From a candidate division WOR-3 bacterium (GTDB lineage: Bacteria > Hydrothermota > UBA3072): a stretch of 64,000 bases of DNA. A program made the translations under genes and the position numbers. The notes under the pieces were generated by a model that searched no databases, was not told the DNA's origin, and worked only from the letters and a program-made list of their open reading frames with translations. Shown piece by piece: positions 21,279 to 31,437 of the stretch. Every line of letters begins with the position of its first letter. Within the stretch, counting starts at the first letter, position 1. The DNA lies in the NCBI GenBank assembly GCA_039804165.1, contig JBDRZZ010000001.1:28962-92961 (forward strand). The letters run 5' to 3'.

Positions 21279-22289
21279 ATGAAATATTCAAATGTAGGAA
21301 TTATTGGAGCTGGAAATTGGGGAACAACCCTTGCCTTAATTCTTGATTCTCAAGGTAAAAAAGTTAAGCTTTTCGAGCCTATAAGGGAAAGATTTAATAA
21401 TCTTAAAAAATGGAGAGAGAATAAGGAGTTTCTGCCTGGATATAAGATTCCTGAAAGTGTATTCATTACTAATGAGCCAAAAGAACTTTCAGAAAATTGT
21501 GATTTTATTTTCTTTGTTCTACCTAGTAAATTTGTAGGAGAAATTGCTTCTCTTTTTAAAAGTTATATTGATAAAGATAAGATTGTCGCAAGTTTTATAA
21601 AAGGAGTAGACCCAGATTCTTTAAAAAGAATTTCGGAGATAATAGAGGCAGAAATTCCCTCTCAGAAAAGAGAAGTTGTTGTTGTTTCTGGTCCTTCAAT
21701 TGCGAGGGAGGTTGTGATGGGAGTTCCTACTTCTCTTGTTGCGGCTTCTTTTAATTTAGAAAAAGCCAAAAAAATTCAGAGATTTCTTTCTTCTGATAAG
21801 TTAAGAGTTTATACATCTTCAGATGTTATTGGAGTGGAACTTGGTGGAGCTTTTAAGAATGTATATGCTATAGCTTCGGGAATATGCGATGGGATGAGTC
21901 TTGGTATGAATGCAAAAGCAGCTCTTATAACAAGAGGAATGGCTGAGCTTTCTTTACTTGGAGAAAAAATGGGAGGGAGGAAGGAAACTTTTGCTGGTCT
22001 TTCTGGATTTGGGGACCTTATAGTTACTTCTTTTTCTCCTTATTCAAGGAATAGGACTTTTGGAGAGAGACTGGGGAGAGGAGAATCTGTTGAAAAGATT
22101 CTTTCTGAAATGGTGGAGGTTGTGGAAGGGATTAGAACCACAAAATCAATTGTTGCCCTTTCTAATAAATATAAGGTAGAAATGCCTATTGCAAAAGAAG
22201 TTTATTCTGTTTTATATGAGGGGAAAAGTCCTTTTGATTCAATGAGAGATTTAATGAAAAGAGAATTAAAGGAGGAGTGGAAAAAATGA
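21279..22289 (+). CDS. gpsA: NAD(P)H-dependent glycerol-3-phosphate dehydrogenase.
   Basis: 'VGIIGAGNWGTTLALIL' Rossmann fold and the GpsA C-terminal domain. Confidence 0.85.
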   Translation: MKYSNVGIIGAGNWGTTLALILDSQGKKVKLFEPIRERFNNLKKWRENKEFLPGYKIPESVFITNEPKELSENCDFIFFVLPSKFVGEIASLFKSYIDKDKIVASFIKGVDPDSLKRISEIIEAEIPSQKREVVVVSGPSIAREVVMGVPTSLVAASFNLEKAKKIQRFLSSDKLRVYTSSDVIGVELGGAFKNVYAIASGICDGMSLGMNAKAALITRGMAELSLLGEKMGGRKETFAGLSGFGDLIVTSFSPYSRNRTFGERLGRGESVEKILSEMVEVVEGIRTTKSIVALSNKYKVEMPIAKEVYSVLYEGKSPFDSMRDLMKRELKEEWKK

Positions 22290-22570
22290 AAAAATTATTT
22301 TATACAATTAAAGAAGTTTCTAATCTTTTAGGCGAGAGCGAGTCTACTTTAAGATTTTGGGAAGGAGAGTTTAAGGAACTTAAACCAAGGAGAGGAAGTG
22401 GAGGGAAAAGACTCTATTCCGAAAAAGATATTGAATTGCTGAAGAAGATTAAATATCTATTGAGAGAAAAAAAACTTTCCTTAGATGGTGCTAAAAAACA
22501 TCTTTCAGGTAAAGTGGGAGAACTGGATCTTATTAGGAAATTAGAAGAATTAAAGAGGATTTTACAATGA
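22277..22570 (+). CDS. MerR-family HTH transcriptional regulator (small).
   Basis: 'YTIKEVSNLLGESESTLRFWE' HTH followed by a coiled coil. Overlaps gpsA and purH. Confidence 0.5.
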   Translation: MEKMKKLFYTIKEVSNLLGESESTLRFWEGEFKELKPRRGSGGKRLYSEKDIELLKKIKYLLREKKLSLDGAKKHLSGKVGELDLIRKLEELKRILQ

Positions 22571-24129
22571 ATGAGTTAAAAATTAAAAATGCTCTTATTT
22601 CTGTTTATGATAAAAAGGGAATTGTTGAACTCTCTCGGGAATTAGAAAAAGCAGGTGTTGAGATTATTTCTACCTCTGGAACTTATAAAGTTCTCTCTGA
22701 GGCTGGAATTAGAGTGAAAAAGGTGGAAGAGATTGCCAGGACTCCTGAATTACTTGGAGGTAGAGTAAAAACACTACAACCGGAAATATTTGCTTCTATC
22801 CTTGTGAATAGAGAAAATAATAAGCACATTGAAGAATTAGAAACTCTTGGTCTTGAGCCCATAGATCTTGTTGTGGTTAATCTTTATCCTTTTGAAAAAG
22901 GATTAGAAAATGGGCTTTCTGAAGAAGAAATGATAGAATTGATTGATATTGGAGGGGCTTCCTTACTTCGAGCTGGAGCTAAAAATTATAAATTTTGTCT
23001 TGTTCTTACTTCTCCAGAGGATTATGAAATTTTTCTTCAAGAGTTTAAAAAGAGAGAAGGTTTTATATCCATTGAGTATAGAAAAAGACAGGCTGAGAAA
23101 GCTTTTAGGCTTTTAGCCTCTTATAACAGAGTTATAGCTGATTATTATGCAAAATTGCTTGGAGAAGGTTCCGAATTTCCTAATAGATTACTCCTTGAGG
23201 GTGAGAAACTAATAGATTTACGTTATGGAGAAAATCCTCACCAAAAGAGTTCTCTATACCGCATTATTCATAGTGATATTAGTCTTGTTGATGCGAAACA
23301 GCTTGGCGGTAAAGAGATGTCTTACAATAATTGGATGGATACTGATGCGGCTGTTGGAGTTGTATCTGAATTTACAGAACCCTGTGTTGCTATTATAAAG
23401 CATTCTTCACCCTGTGGTGTTGGAATTGGAGAGTCAATTCTTGAAGCGTTTAAAAAGGCTAAAATATCAGATCCGGTTTCTGCTTTTGGAGGGATTATTG
23501 CTTCAAATAGAGAAGTTGACTTTGAGCTTGCTTTGGCGATAATTGAGTCCTTCTTTGAGGTTTTAATAGCTCCTGGTTATTCGGAAGAGGCTCTCTCTAA
23601 GCTTAAGGAAAAGAAAAATTTGCGAATTTTAGAGGCTAGTAAAAAGCTATTTTCAAGATTTTCTTATAAAAAGGTTTTTTCTTTAGTTGGTTCTCTCCTT
23701 GTTCAAGAAAATGATTCATCTATAGAGCCTTATACCGAATGGAAGGTAGTTAGTAAGAGAGAACCGACAAAAGAGGAATTACAGGAACTTGATTTTGCGT
23801 GGAAGGTTGTAAAATGGGTTAAGTCAAATGCAATTGTTCTTGCTAAAGATCTTAAAACAATTGGAATTGGAGGAGGGCACACTTCAAGAGTTGATGCGGT
23901 TGAATTTGCAATTCTTAAAGCGAAAAAGCATGGACATAATCCAAAAGGTTCTGTTATGGCTTCCGATGCATTTTTCCCTTTTAGAGATTCAATTGATCTT
24001 GCAAAAGAGGCGGGAATTACAGCTATTGTTGAACCTGGTGGCTCTGTGCGAGATGAAGAGGTTATTAAAGCTGCGAATGAGCATAACATTGCTCTTCTAT
24101 TTACAGGGAGAAGACACTTTAGACATTGA
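22567..24129 (+). CDS. purH: Bifunctional AICAR transformylase / IMP cyclohydrolase.
   Basis: N-terminal MGS-like 'ALISVYDKKGIVELSREL' and 'ISTSGT'. C-terminal AICARFT domain. 520 aa. Confidence 0.9.
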   Translation: MNELKIKNALISVYDKKGIVELSRELEKAGVEIISTSGTYKVLSEAGIRVKKVEEIARTPELLGGRVKTLQPEIFASILVNRENNKHIEELETLGLEPIDLVVVNLYPFEKGLENGLSEEEMIELIDIGGASLLRAGAKNYKFCLVLTSPEDYEIFLQEFKKREGFISIEYRKRQAEKAFRLLASYNRVIADYYAKLLGEGSEFPNRLLLEGEKLIDLRYGENPHQKSSLYRIIHSDISLVDAKQLGGKEMSYNNWMDTDAAVGVVSEFTEPCVAIIKHSSPCGVGIGESILEAFKKAKISDPVSAFGGIIASNREVDFELALAIIESFFEVLIAPGYSEEALSKLKEKKNLRILEASKKLFSRFSYKKVFSLVGSLLVQENDSSIEPYTEWKVVSKREPTKEELQELDFAWKVVKWVKSNAIVLAKDLKTIGIGGGHTSRVDAVEFAILKAKKHGHNPKGSVMASDAFFPFRDSIDLAKEAGITAIVEPGGSVRDEEVIKAANEHNIALLFTGRRHFRH

Positions 24130-24142
24130 GAAAGGAGGTTAT

Positions 24143-25402
24143 ATGGAGATTAAATTAATATTCTGGATTATTTTCTTTGTGATGGTTTTCCCACTTTGCT
24201 CTTTTTCTGAAGATGATATTAAGGCAAAGATTACTCCAGAAGCTATAGATGCCAGGATAAGGGAAATTAGAATGGGAGAGATAATAGTAAAGACAACCCC
24301 CCATACAGAGGTTAAAGTTCAGCAATTGCGGCATGAATTTTTATTTGGAACTGCAATTACAGATAATCTTGCAGAAAAATCAGAAAATGCAATGTCCGAA
24401 AAAGATAGGAAGATGTTTCTAAAGATTCTTAAAGAGAACTTTAATTATGCAGTCCATGAAAATGCTTTGAAATGGTATGACTGTGAAAGAGAGAAAGGGG
24501 TTGTAGATTATTATCTTGCAGATAGAATATGGGAGCTGTGCAATGAACTTGGGATTCCTATGCGAGGTCACTGTATTTTCTGGGAGAAAGACAAATATAT
24601 TATGCCATGGCTTAAGGAATTGAATAATGATGAACTTCGGAGAGCTGTGATTAGAAGAGCAATTAGTGTGGTAGAACATTTTAAAGGCAGAATAGAAGAA
24701 TTTGATTTGAATAATGAGATGATACATGGAGATTTCTTTCGTAGGCGTTTAGGTTATGGAATTATTAATGAAATGGCTTATGCGGCAAAATCTGCAAATC
24801 CAAATGTGATTCTGTATGTTAATGATTATGGAATTCTTGTGGAGGGAGGTTATAATACGGATGCTTATATAACGCAGATAGAAAATCTTCTTGCAAATGG
24901 AGTTCCTATAGGTGGGATTGGTTGTCAGGGTCATTTTATTACATCTAATCCAAATAATTCAAAAGGAAAGGCAATTACAACTCCAGAGCATGTTCAGAAA
25001 ACCCTTGATAGACTTGCTAAATTTAATCTACCAATAAAAATAACAGAATGTCTCTTTATAGGTAACACAGAAGAAGATAAGGCTTCTGAGCTAAGAAAGT
25101 TTTTCCCAATTTTCTTTGCTCATCCAAGTGTTGAGGCGATTATTATGTGGGGATTTTGGGAAGTAGGTCATTGGGTTCCTGAAACTGCTATGTGGAAGAA
25201 AGATTGGTCTCCAACGCCATTAGCTTTGGCTTATAGAGACCTTGTTTTTAATAAATGGTGGACTAATGTTGTTGGAAAATCGGATGATAAAGGGATTTTT
25301 AAAACCCGTGCTTTTTTTGGAGATTATTTAATTACTTCAGGAGGAGAAGCAAAGAAGGTAACTCTAAGCAAAAAAGATAAATTTATAGAAGTGAATTTTT
25401 AA
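24143..25402 (+). CDS. Glycoside hydrolase family 10 (endo-1,4-beta-xylanase-like), secreted.
   Basis: Start reassigned to the ATG at 24143 (RBS GAAAGGAGG), because the track ORF 23828.. overlaps purH. GH10 blocks 'RGHCIFWE', 'NNEMIHG', 'VNDYGIL', 'GIGCQGHF' and 'ITEC' (ITELD-like) are present, plus a signal peptide. Confidence 0.7.
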   Translation: MEIKLIFWIIFFVMVFPLCSFSEDDIKAKITPEAIDARIREIRMGEIIVKTTPHTEVKVQQLRHEFLFGTAITDNLAEKSENAMSEKDRKMFLKILKENFNYAVHENALKWYDCEREKGVVDYYLADRIWELCNELGIPMRGHCIFWEKDKYIMPWLKELNNDELRRAVIRRAISVVEHFKGRIEEFDLNNEMIHGDFFRRRLGYGIINEMAYAAKSANPNVILYVNDYGILVEGGYNTDAYITQIENLLANGVPIGGIGCQGHFITSNPNNSKGKAITTPEHVQKTLDRLAKFNLPIKITECLFIGNTEEDKASELRKFFPIFFAHPSVEAIIMWGFWEVGHWVPETAMWKKDWSPTPLALAYRDLVFNKWWTNVVGKSDDKGIFKTRAFFGDYLITSGGEAKKVTLSKKDKFIEVNF

Positions 25403-25408
25403 TACAAT

Positions 25409-26431
25409 ATGTTTAATTGGAGGTTTTTACTTCTTCTTTTTTCTTTTCCTCTTTTGCCCCGTTCAATTTCAATTATAGCTACCGGTGATATTATGATGGG
25501 TTCTGATTATCCTTATAGAAAATTGCCGCCTGAAAATGGTAAGGATTTATTTAAGAATGTTGATTCTATTTTAAAGAAAGGGGATATAACCTTAGGAAAT
25601 CTTGAGGGTCCTCTTCTTAAAGGAGGAACTTGCAAAAAGAAAATAGAAAGAGGGAAAGTTTATGCGTTTAGAACTCCTCCAGAGTGGGCGGAAAATCTTG
25701 CTCTTTCTGGTTTTGATTTCTTAAATCTTGCAAATAATCATATGAATGATTTTGGTTATACGGGAATTCAAGAGACCATAAAAGCATTAAATTCTTTCGG
25801 TCTTCAATATGGAGGTCCTTACGGAAAAGTTGGAAATTTTAATGTAAAAGATTTAAAAATAGCAATTATTTGTTTTTCTACTTCACCTAATTCAAATTCT
25901 ATTTTTGATATTAAAAAGGCTCAGAAAATTGTCGCGGAATACTCAAGAACTAACGATATTGTTGTAGTTTCTTTTCATGGAGGTGGAGAAGGCACTAAGT
26001 TTTTACATACTTATGATACTTTTGAATATTTTATGGGTTCACCAAGAGGAAATGTTGTTAAGTTTGCTAGGGCGGTTGTTGATAGTGGAGCAGATTTCGT
26101 TTGGGGGCATGGGCCACATGTTCCGAGAGCAATTGAGATATATAAGGAACGTCTTATTGCCTATAGCCTTGGGAATTTCTGTACTTGGGGATTTAATGTG
26201 GTGGGTGAGCTTGGCTATGCTCCAATTTTAAAGGTAGAACTGGATTCGGTTGGTGCTTTTAAGAAGGGAAAGATTTATTCTGCAGTTCAGAAGCCTTATA
26301 ATTATCCTAAACTTGATTCTTCTTTTAAAGCAGCAAAACTAATAAGAAAACTTTCAGAAGAAGATTTTCCAGAGAGTTGTCCAACCATTCTTGAAGACGG
26401 TGAGATTTATCCAAGAATGGAAAGGAGGTAA
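25409..26431 (+). CDS. CapA/PgsA-family metallophosphatase-fold protein.
   Basis: 'IIATGDIMMG...LGNLEGPL...FDFLNLANNHMNDFGY' matches the CapA family. Confidence 0.7.
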   Translation: MFNWRFLLLLFSFPLLPRSISIIATGDIMMGSDYPYRKLPPENGKDLFKNVDSILKKGDITLGNLEGPLLKGGTCKKKIERGKVYAFRTPPEWAENLALSGFDFLNLANNHMNDFGYTGIQETIKALNSFGLQYGGPYGKVGNFNVKDLKIAIICFSTSPNSNSIFDIKKAQKIVAEYSRTNDIVVVSFHGGGEGTKFLHTYDTFEYFMGSPRGNVVKFARAVVDSGADFVWGHGPHVPRAIEIYKERLIAYSLGNFCTWGFNVVGELGYAPILKVELDSVGAFKKGKIYSAVQKPYNYPKLDSSFKAAKLIRKLSEEDFPESCPTILEDGEIYPRMERR

Positions 26432-26433
26432 TT

Positions 26434-28287
26434 TTGTTTTTTCTTGAATTACTTCTTATCGTTTCTTCTCCAAAAAATGGAGCTCTTGTTCATTTATGGG
26501 AGGTTCAAGAACTTATTTTTAATGCAGAAAAAGACTATGAAAATCCTTATGTAGAGGTGGAGTTCTGGATAGACCTAAAGGGACCTAATTTTTCAAAGAG
26601 GATTTATGGTTTTTGGAATGGAGGGGATACTTTCGTTGTTCGTTTTGTCGCAACAGAGCCTGGGAAATGGAAGTGGAAAAGCGGTTCAAATCAGCTTAGC
26701 GATAGAGGGCTTAATAACCATAAAGGTGAATTTTATGCTGTAGATTGGAGTTTGGAAGAGAAAATACAAAATCCTAACAGACGGGGGTTTATTCGTACTA
26801 GTTCAGGTGGACATGCTCTCCAATATGCTGATGGGACTCCTTTCTTCTTGATTGGGGATACTTGGCTTGCAGGAGCTACTTGGAGGCTCCCTTTTAGAGG
26901 ATGTGCTCCTCAAGAGAATTATATTCCTGGACCTGGAATTGGTTTTGAAGATGCCGTTTCTTATCGGAAGAAGCAGGGATACAATTCTATTAGTATGATT
27001 GCTTGCTTTCCAAATTGGGAAGCAGATTGTAATCCCCACACTTATGCAGATGAAAATGGGATATATACAAGAAATGCGTGGGAGAAATTCGATTATTACA
27101 CACCTAATGGAGAACTAACGGCTAAAAATATGAGAGATGAATATGGAAATCTCCCTTTCTTTCTTTCAAGAGAACACAAAGGAGTTGCAGATTTTGATAG
27201 GATAAATCCCGAATATTTTAAAAGCCTTGATAAAAAAATACAATATCTCTCCATGCAGGGTTTTGTTCCTGTTTTGGAAACTGTCCGGAGAGATAATTGT
27301 CCCAGTTGGAAAGCTTATTTTAATTTTAAAGAATCTTTCTCTCGGTATGTTCAATATTTAATCTCAAGATATGGAGCTTATAATATAATATTTAGTGGGA
27401 TACATCTTGATTGGATTCCAAAAGAATATAGTCTTACAGCTAAAGAGTTTAATGAAGCTTTAACATATCATTTTAAAAGATATGGTTCTCTTCCTTTTGG
27501 ACAACCGTATACAACACTAATTAATAATTCTACTTACACTCAGTTTGGTCATGGAAAAAGTTGCCCTTGGCTTAATATGCATAGTGTAGGAAATAAACCT
27601 CGAGATCATCGTGTTTCCGATTCAATAAAAGTTTTATTTAATTTGAAACCTCCGTATCCAGCTATAAATCTTGAGCCTTACTATGCAGGCTGGAATCACG
27701 AAATAAATAGACCGGGTGGGGAGAGTCCTTATCCAAACTCTTTTAGAGATAATTATTTTGCTCGAGCTCAAATGTATGGCTCGGTTCTCTCTGGAGCTCT
27801 TGCAGGACACGTTTATGGAACAGGTGCTTATGATATTACAACAATAGGAGAACCAAAAGGGATTAGACCACATTTTTGGGAGGCTTTGAAGTTTGAATCG
27901 GGAACTTATATGAAGTATTTAAGTTCTTTTATCTTGTCCGAGGGAAGTAAATATCAGAAACTTGAACCTTGTAGCGAAGATATTCATCCAAGGAAGGCTA
28001 AAGAGAGTCTTGAAGAAGGTCTTGATGGATGGTCTTATATGATGCGAACCCCAGAGAAAGATGTTGCTTTTCTTTATTTTGAAATTGGAGCTGAGCTTCC
28101 TAAATTGAGTGGTTTTAAGAAGAATAGTTGGTATCTATTCTATTGGTTTAATCCTCGAAATGGAGAATGGAAGGAAGGAATAAAGATTAAAACGGATGAG
28201 AACGGAATATTGGAAGTTCCACTTTTTCCGGATGGAGAAAATCCTCTAACGATAGACTGGGCGGCAAAAATTGTGAGTTGTTTTTGA
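26434..28287 (+). CDS. DUF5060 + DUF4038 glycoside hydrolase (GH140-like).
   Basis: N-terminal 'FWNGGDTFVVRFVATEPGKWKWKSGSN' is DUF5060-like, followed by a TIM-barrel-like DUF4038 region ('YADGTPFFLIGDTWLAGATW'). Confidence 0.55.
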   Translation: MFFLELLLIVSSPKNGALVHLWEVQELIFNAEKDYENPYVEVEFWIDLKGPNFSKRIYGFWNGGDTFVVRFVATEPGKWKWKSGSNQLSDRGLNNHKGEFYAVDWSLEEKIQNPNRRGFIRTSSGGHALQYADGTPFFLIGDTWLAGATWRLPFRGCAPQENYIPGPGIGFEDAVSYRKKQGYNSISMIACFPNWEADCNPHTYADENGIYTRNAWEKFDYYTPNGELTAKNMRDEYGNLPFFLSREHKGVADFDRINPEYFKSLDKKIQYLSMQGFVPVLETVRRDNCPSWKAYFNFKESFSRYVQYLISRYGAYNIIFSGIHLDWIPKEYSLTAKEFNEALTYHFKRYGSLPFGQPYTTLINNSTYTQFGHGKSCPWLNMHSVGNKPRDHRVSDSIKVLFNLKPPYPAINLEPYYAGWNHEINRPGGESPYPNSFRDNYFARAQMYGSVLSGALAGHVYGTGAYDITTIGEPKGIRPHFWEALKFESGTYMKYLSSFILSEGSKYQKLEPCSEDIHPRKAKESLEEGLDGWSYMMRTPEKDVAFLYFEIGAELPKLSGFKKNSWYLFYWFNPRNGEWKEGIKIKTDENGILEVPLFPDGENPLTIDWAAKIVSCF

Positions 28288-28293
28288 AAGATT

Positions 28294-28995
28294 ATGATGA
28301 TAATTGGCCATAAGGGTGCAGCAGGTTATGCGCCAGAAAATACAATACTTTCTTTTCAAAAAGCTATTGAAATTGGTTGTAAGGTGGTTGAACTGGATGT
28401 GAGATTGTCTAAGGACGGAGAAGTTGTTGTGTTTCATGATGAAGAAGTTTCTCGGGTTACTGACGGGGAAGGATTTGTTAGAGAGATGAGTTTAATTGAA
28501 TTAAAAAAATTGAATTGTGGAGAAGGTCAAAAAATTCCAACCTTACAGGATGTTATTGATTTTTGTAAAGGGAGGATGGATCTTCTTATAGAGTTAAAAG
28601 CTCCAGGTACTCCAAAGAAGGTGAATCAAATAATCGTTAAAAATAATTTTGAAAAAAATGTAACTATAATTTCCTTTTATCCTGAGTTGTTAATGGAAAT
28701 AAAGGAACTGAATCCCTCTTTAAAGCTTGGTCTACTACTTGAAGAATATTTAGAGAAATTATGGATTTTGACAGAGGAAATACCTGTTGATTTTATTCTT
28801 CCTGAGGAAAGAATTGTAACAAAAGAAATTGTTGAAAAAGCTCATATTTTGAAAAAAAAGGTTTTTGCTTTTACTGTTAATAGGGAAGATCTCGCTAATA
28901 AGCTTTTTTCTTTAGGAGTTGATGGAATTATAACGGATTTTCCAGGTTTATTTCTTCTGAAAACTAAGGCGGTGAACCATAATGACAATTTTTGA
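28294..28995 (+). CDS. ugpQ: Glycerophosphodiester phosphodiesterase.
   Basis: 'IIGHKGAAGYAPENTILSF...ELDVRLSKDGEVVVFHD' GDPD signature. Confidence 0.8.
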   Translation: MMIIGHKGAAGYAPENTILSFQKAIEIGCKVVELDVRLSKDGEVVVFHDEEVSRVTDGEGFVREMSLIELKKLNCGEGQKIPTLQDVIDFCKGRMDLLIELKAPGTPKKVNQIIVKNNFEKNVTIISFYPELLMEIKELNPSLKLGLLLEEYLEKLWILTEEIPVDFILPEERIVTKEIVEKAHILKKKVFAFTVNREDLANKLFSLGVDGIITDFPGLFLLKTKAVNHNDNF

Positions 28996-29761
28996 AGCGG
29001 TTATTGTTGCAATTGTTGAAGGACTTACAGAATTTTTGCCCATCTCCTCTACAGGCCATATGATATTAACTTCCGCAGCATTAGGGATAAAAAATAATGA
29101 ATTTTTAAAGACCTTTGGGATATTCATTCAGATAGGAGCAATAATGGCGATTGTTTTGATATATGCAAAGCGATTTTTAAAAAGTTTAGAGATATATAAA
29201 AAACTTTTTATTGCATTTATTCCAACAATAATTGGGGGTTTTCTGAGTTATAAATTCATAAAATCATATCTTTTTAACCCTCTTGTTGTCTCTATCTCGT
29301 TGATTTTAGGGGGAATTATTTTGATTGTTGTAGATAAGAAAGTAGAAGGCAAAGTTTCTAAATACGATGAACTTGAGAATATTCCTTTGAAAAACTCTTT
29401 TTTCATTGGACTTATTCAATGTATTTCAATGGTTCCGGGAGTTTCAAGAGCAGGTGCAACGATTGTAGGAGGTGTTTTTAATGGTTTTGATAAAAAACAG
29501 GCTACAGAATTTTCTTTTTTGCTTGCAGTGCCAACAATGTTTGCCGCAGCAGGTTATGATCTATTGAGGACCCCCTTAGAATTTAATGTTGAAGAAATAT
29601 TACTTCTTGGAATTGGTCTTGGAACTGCTTTTATTTTCGCTTGGATTGCGGTGAAAGGTTTTCTTGCTTTTGTAAAGAGATATGGGTTCGCCTATTTTGG
29701 CTGGTATCGCATATTAATTGGAGCTTTATTTTTAATTCTTATCCTAAAAAAAGTTATCTAA
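28982..29761 (+). CDS. uppP: Undecaprenyl-diphosphatase.
   Basis: 'LTEFLPISSTGHMIL' and 'SRAGATI' BacA motifs. 8 TM segments. Confidence 0.85.
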   Translation: MTIFEAVIVAIVEGLTEFLPISSTGHMILTSAALGIKNNEFLKTFGIFIQIGAIMAIVLIYAKRFLKSLEIYKKLFIAFIPTIIGGFLSYKFIKSYLFNPLVVSISLILGGIILIVVDKKVEGKVSKYDELENIPLKNSFFIGLIQCISMVPGVSRAGATIVGGVFNGFDKKQATEFSFLLAVPTMFAAAGYDLLRTPLEFNVEEILLLGIGLGTAFIFAWIAVKGFLAFVKRYGFAYFGWYRILIGALFLILILKKVI

Positions 29762-30637
29762 CTATATTATCCCTAAATTTATCAAAACTTCCTTGAGTTT
29801 ACTTTTGTTTGCCGCCGACATTTCACAAAGTGGGAGCCTAAAGACCTCTTTTATCATTCCTTTCATAGCCAGAGCTGTTTTTATCGGAATTGGATTTGTT
29901 TCTATAAATTCTGCCTTGAAAAGTGGTAAGAGTTCGTAATGGAGTTTCCTCATTTCCTCAAAATTTCCTTCCAGTCCAGCTTTTACCATTTTACTCATTT
30001 TATCAGGCACAATATTACTTGCAACACTGATTACCCCTTTTCCACCCACAGCCATTAAAGGAAGAGTTAAATTATCATCCCCTGAAAGAACAATAAATTC
30101 GGGAGGTGTGTTTTTTATAATGTCCATCATCTGAGGAAGACTTCCCGAGGCTTCTTTTACTCCTATTATGTTTGGATGCTCTGCCAATTTAGCTATTGTG
30201 TTAGGTTCAATATTCACCCCTGTTCTTCCAGGGATATTGTATATAAACATTGGGAGATCAACTTCATCAGCAATTGTCTTAAAGTGACGATAAAGCCCTT
30301 CTTGGGTGGGTTTGTTGTAGTAAGGGGCTACTTGAAGACTTGCATTTGCTCCTAATTCTTTAGCCTTTGAGGTCATATAAAGAGCTTCTTTTGTAGAGTT
30401 TGAACCTGTTCCCGCTATAATTGGAACTCTTCCATTTACATGTTCACAAACAACTTCTATTACCCTTAAGTGTTCTTCATGACTAAGGGTTGGAGATTCT
30501 CCCGTTGTTCCCATAGGAACTATACCGGTGACTCCATTTTCTATATTAAAATCCACCAATCTCTTAAGATCTTCTTCGCAAACACTTCCATCTTCATTAA
30601 ATGGTGTAACTATTGCAGTGAAAACACCTTGAAACAT
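29762..30637 (-). CDS. dapA: 4-hydroxy-tetrahydrodipicolinate synthase.
   Basis: 'TAIVTPFNEDGSV...GIVPMGTTGESPTLS' DapA signature. 291 aa. Confidence 0.85.
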   Translation of the reverse strand: MFQGVFTAIVTPFNEDGSVCEEDLKRLVDFNIENGVTGIVPMGTTGESPTLSHEEHLRVIEVVCEHVNGRVPIIAGTGSNSTKEALYMTSKAKELGANASLQVAPYYNKPTQEGLYRHFKTIADEVDLPMFIYNIPGRTGVNIEPNTIAKLAEHPNIIGVKEASGSLPQMMDIIKNTPPEFIVLSGDDNLTLPLMAVGGKGVISVASNIVPDKMSKMVKAGLEGNFEEMRKLHYELLPLFKAEFIETNPIPIKTALAMKGMIKEVFRLPLCEMSAANKSKLKEVLINLGII

Positions 30638-30638
30638 T

Positions 30639-31388
30639 TTAACCTCCTATTATCTCATTCATCATATCATCAATACTAAAAAATCCCCTTTTGCCGTTTA
30701 TCCATTCTGCTGCTTTTAAAGCACCCACTGCGAACCCTTCTCTGCTTCTCGCAATATGTTTTAATTCAATTGTATCCACATCACTATCAAAAATAATCAC
30801 ATGGGTGCCAGGAATACTTCCACCTCTAACTGAAGCGAGATGAATTTCTTCTTCCGAGATTTTTCTATCAAGTTTTTCTGTAACTATTTTTTTCTTTCTT
30901 TTAACAGAATCTAAAAGGATTTCCCCAATCATATTCATAGTTCCAGAAGGACTGTCCTTTTTTCTTTTATGATGGAGCTCAAATCCCATTATATCATAAA
31001 TAGGGAATTTATCCATTAATTCTGCAGCTGATCTTATCATTCTAAAGAATATATTAACTCCAAGGGAAAAATTTCCTGACCATATTACTCCAATTTTACT
31101 TTTTTCTACTTTTTCTTGAATTTCCTTTAGATGCTCATACCAACCAGTCGTTCCTACTACAGCATTAATCTCATAAGTAATATACTTTTCAATGTTATAT
31201 GGGACTGCTTCTGGAACTGAAAAGTCTATAGCAACATTGGCTCCAAATAGGGATTCTTTATTTAATTCTTTAAATTTAGCAGAGCTAACAAAGGGATCTA
31301 TGGTTGAAGTTACTTCAAAATTTTGCTCTTTTGCAAGTTTCTCTATTAGTTCACCCATCTTGCCATATCCAACTATTGCAATTTTCAT
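30639..31388 (-). CDS. dapB: 4-hydroxy-tetrahydrodipicolinate reductase.
   Basis: 'MKIAIVGYGKMG' Rossmann fold and 'ELHHKRKKDSPSGT' DapB active-site block. Confidence 0.85.
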   Translation of the reverse strand: MKIAIVGYGKMGELIEKLAKEQNFEVTSTIDPFVSSAKFKELNKESLFGANVAIDFSVPEAVPYNIEKYITYEINAVVGTTGWYEHLKEIQEKVEKSKIGVIWSGNFSLGVNIFFRMIRSAAELMDKFPIYDIMGFELHHKRKKDSPSGTMNMIGEILLDSVKRKKKIVTEKLDRKISEEEIHLASVRGGSIPGTHVIIFDSDVDTIELKHIARSREGFAVGALKAAEWINGKRGFFSIDDMMNEIIGG

Positions 31389-31437
31389 CTTATTCTCCTT
31401 TTAATCTTAATATACAAAAATTATTTTAAAGTCAAGG

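Noticed and set aside
23828-24142. 5' extension of the GH10 ORF overlapping the purH 3' end.
   Set aside because: The out-of-frame overlap with purH gives an implausible leader. An internal ATG at 24143 has a GAAAGGAGG RBS and begins a signal peptide.
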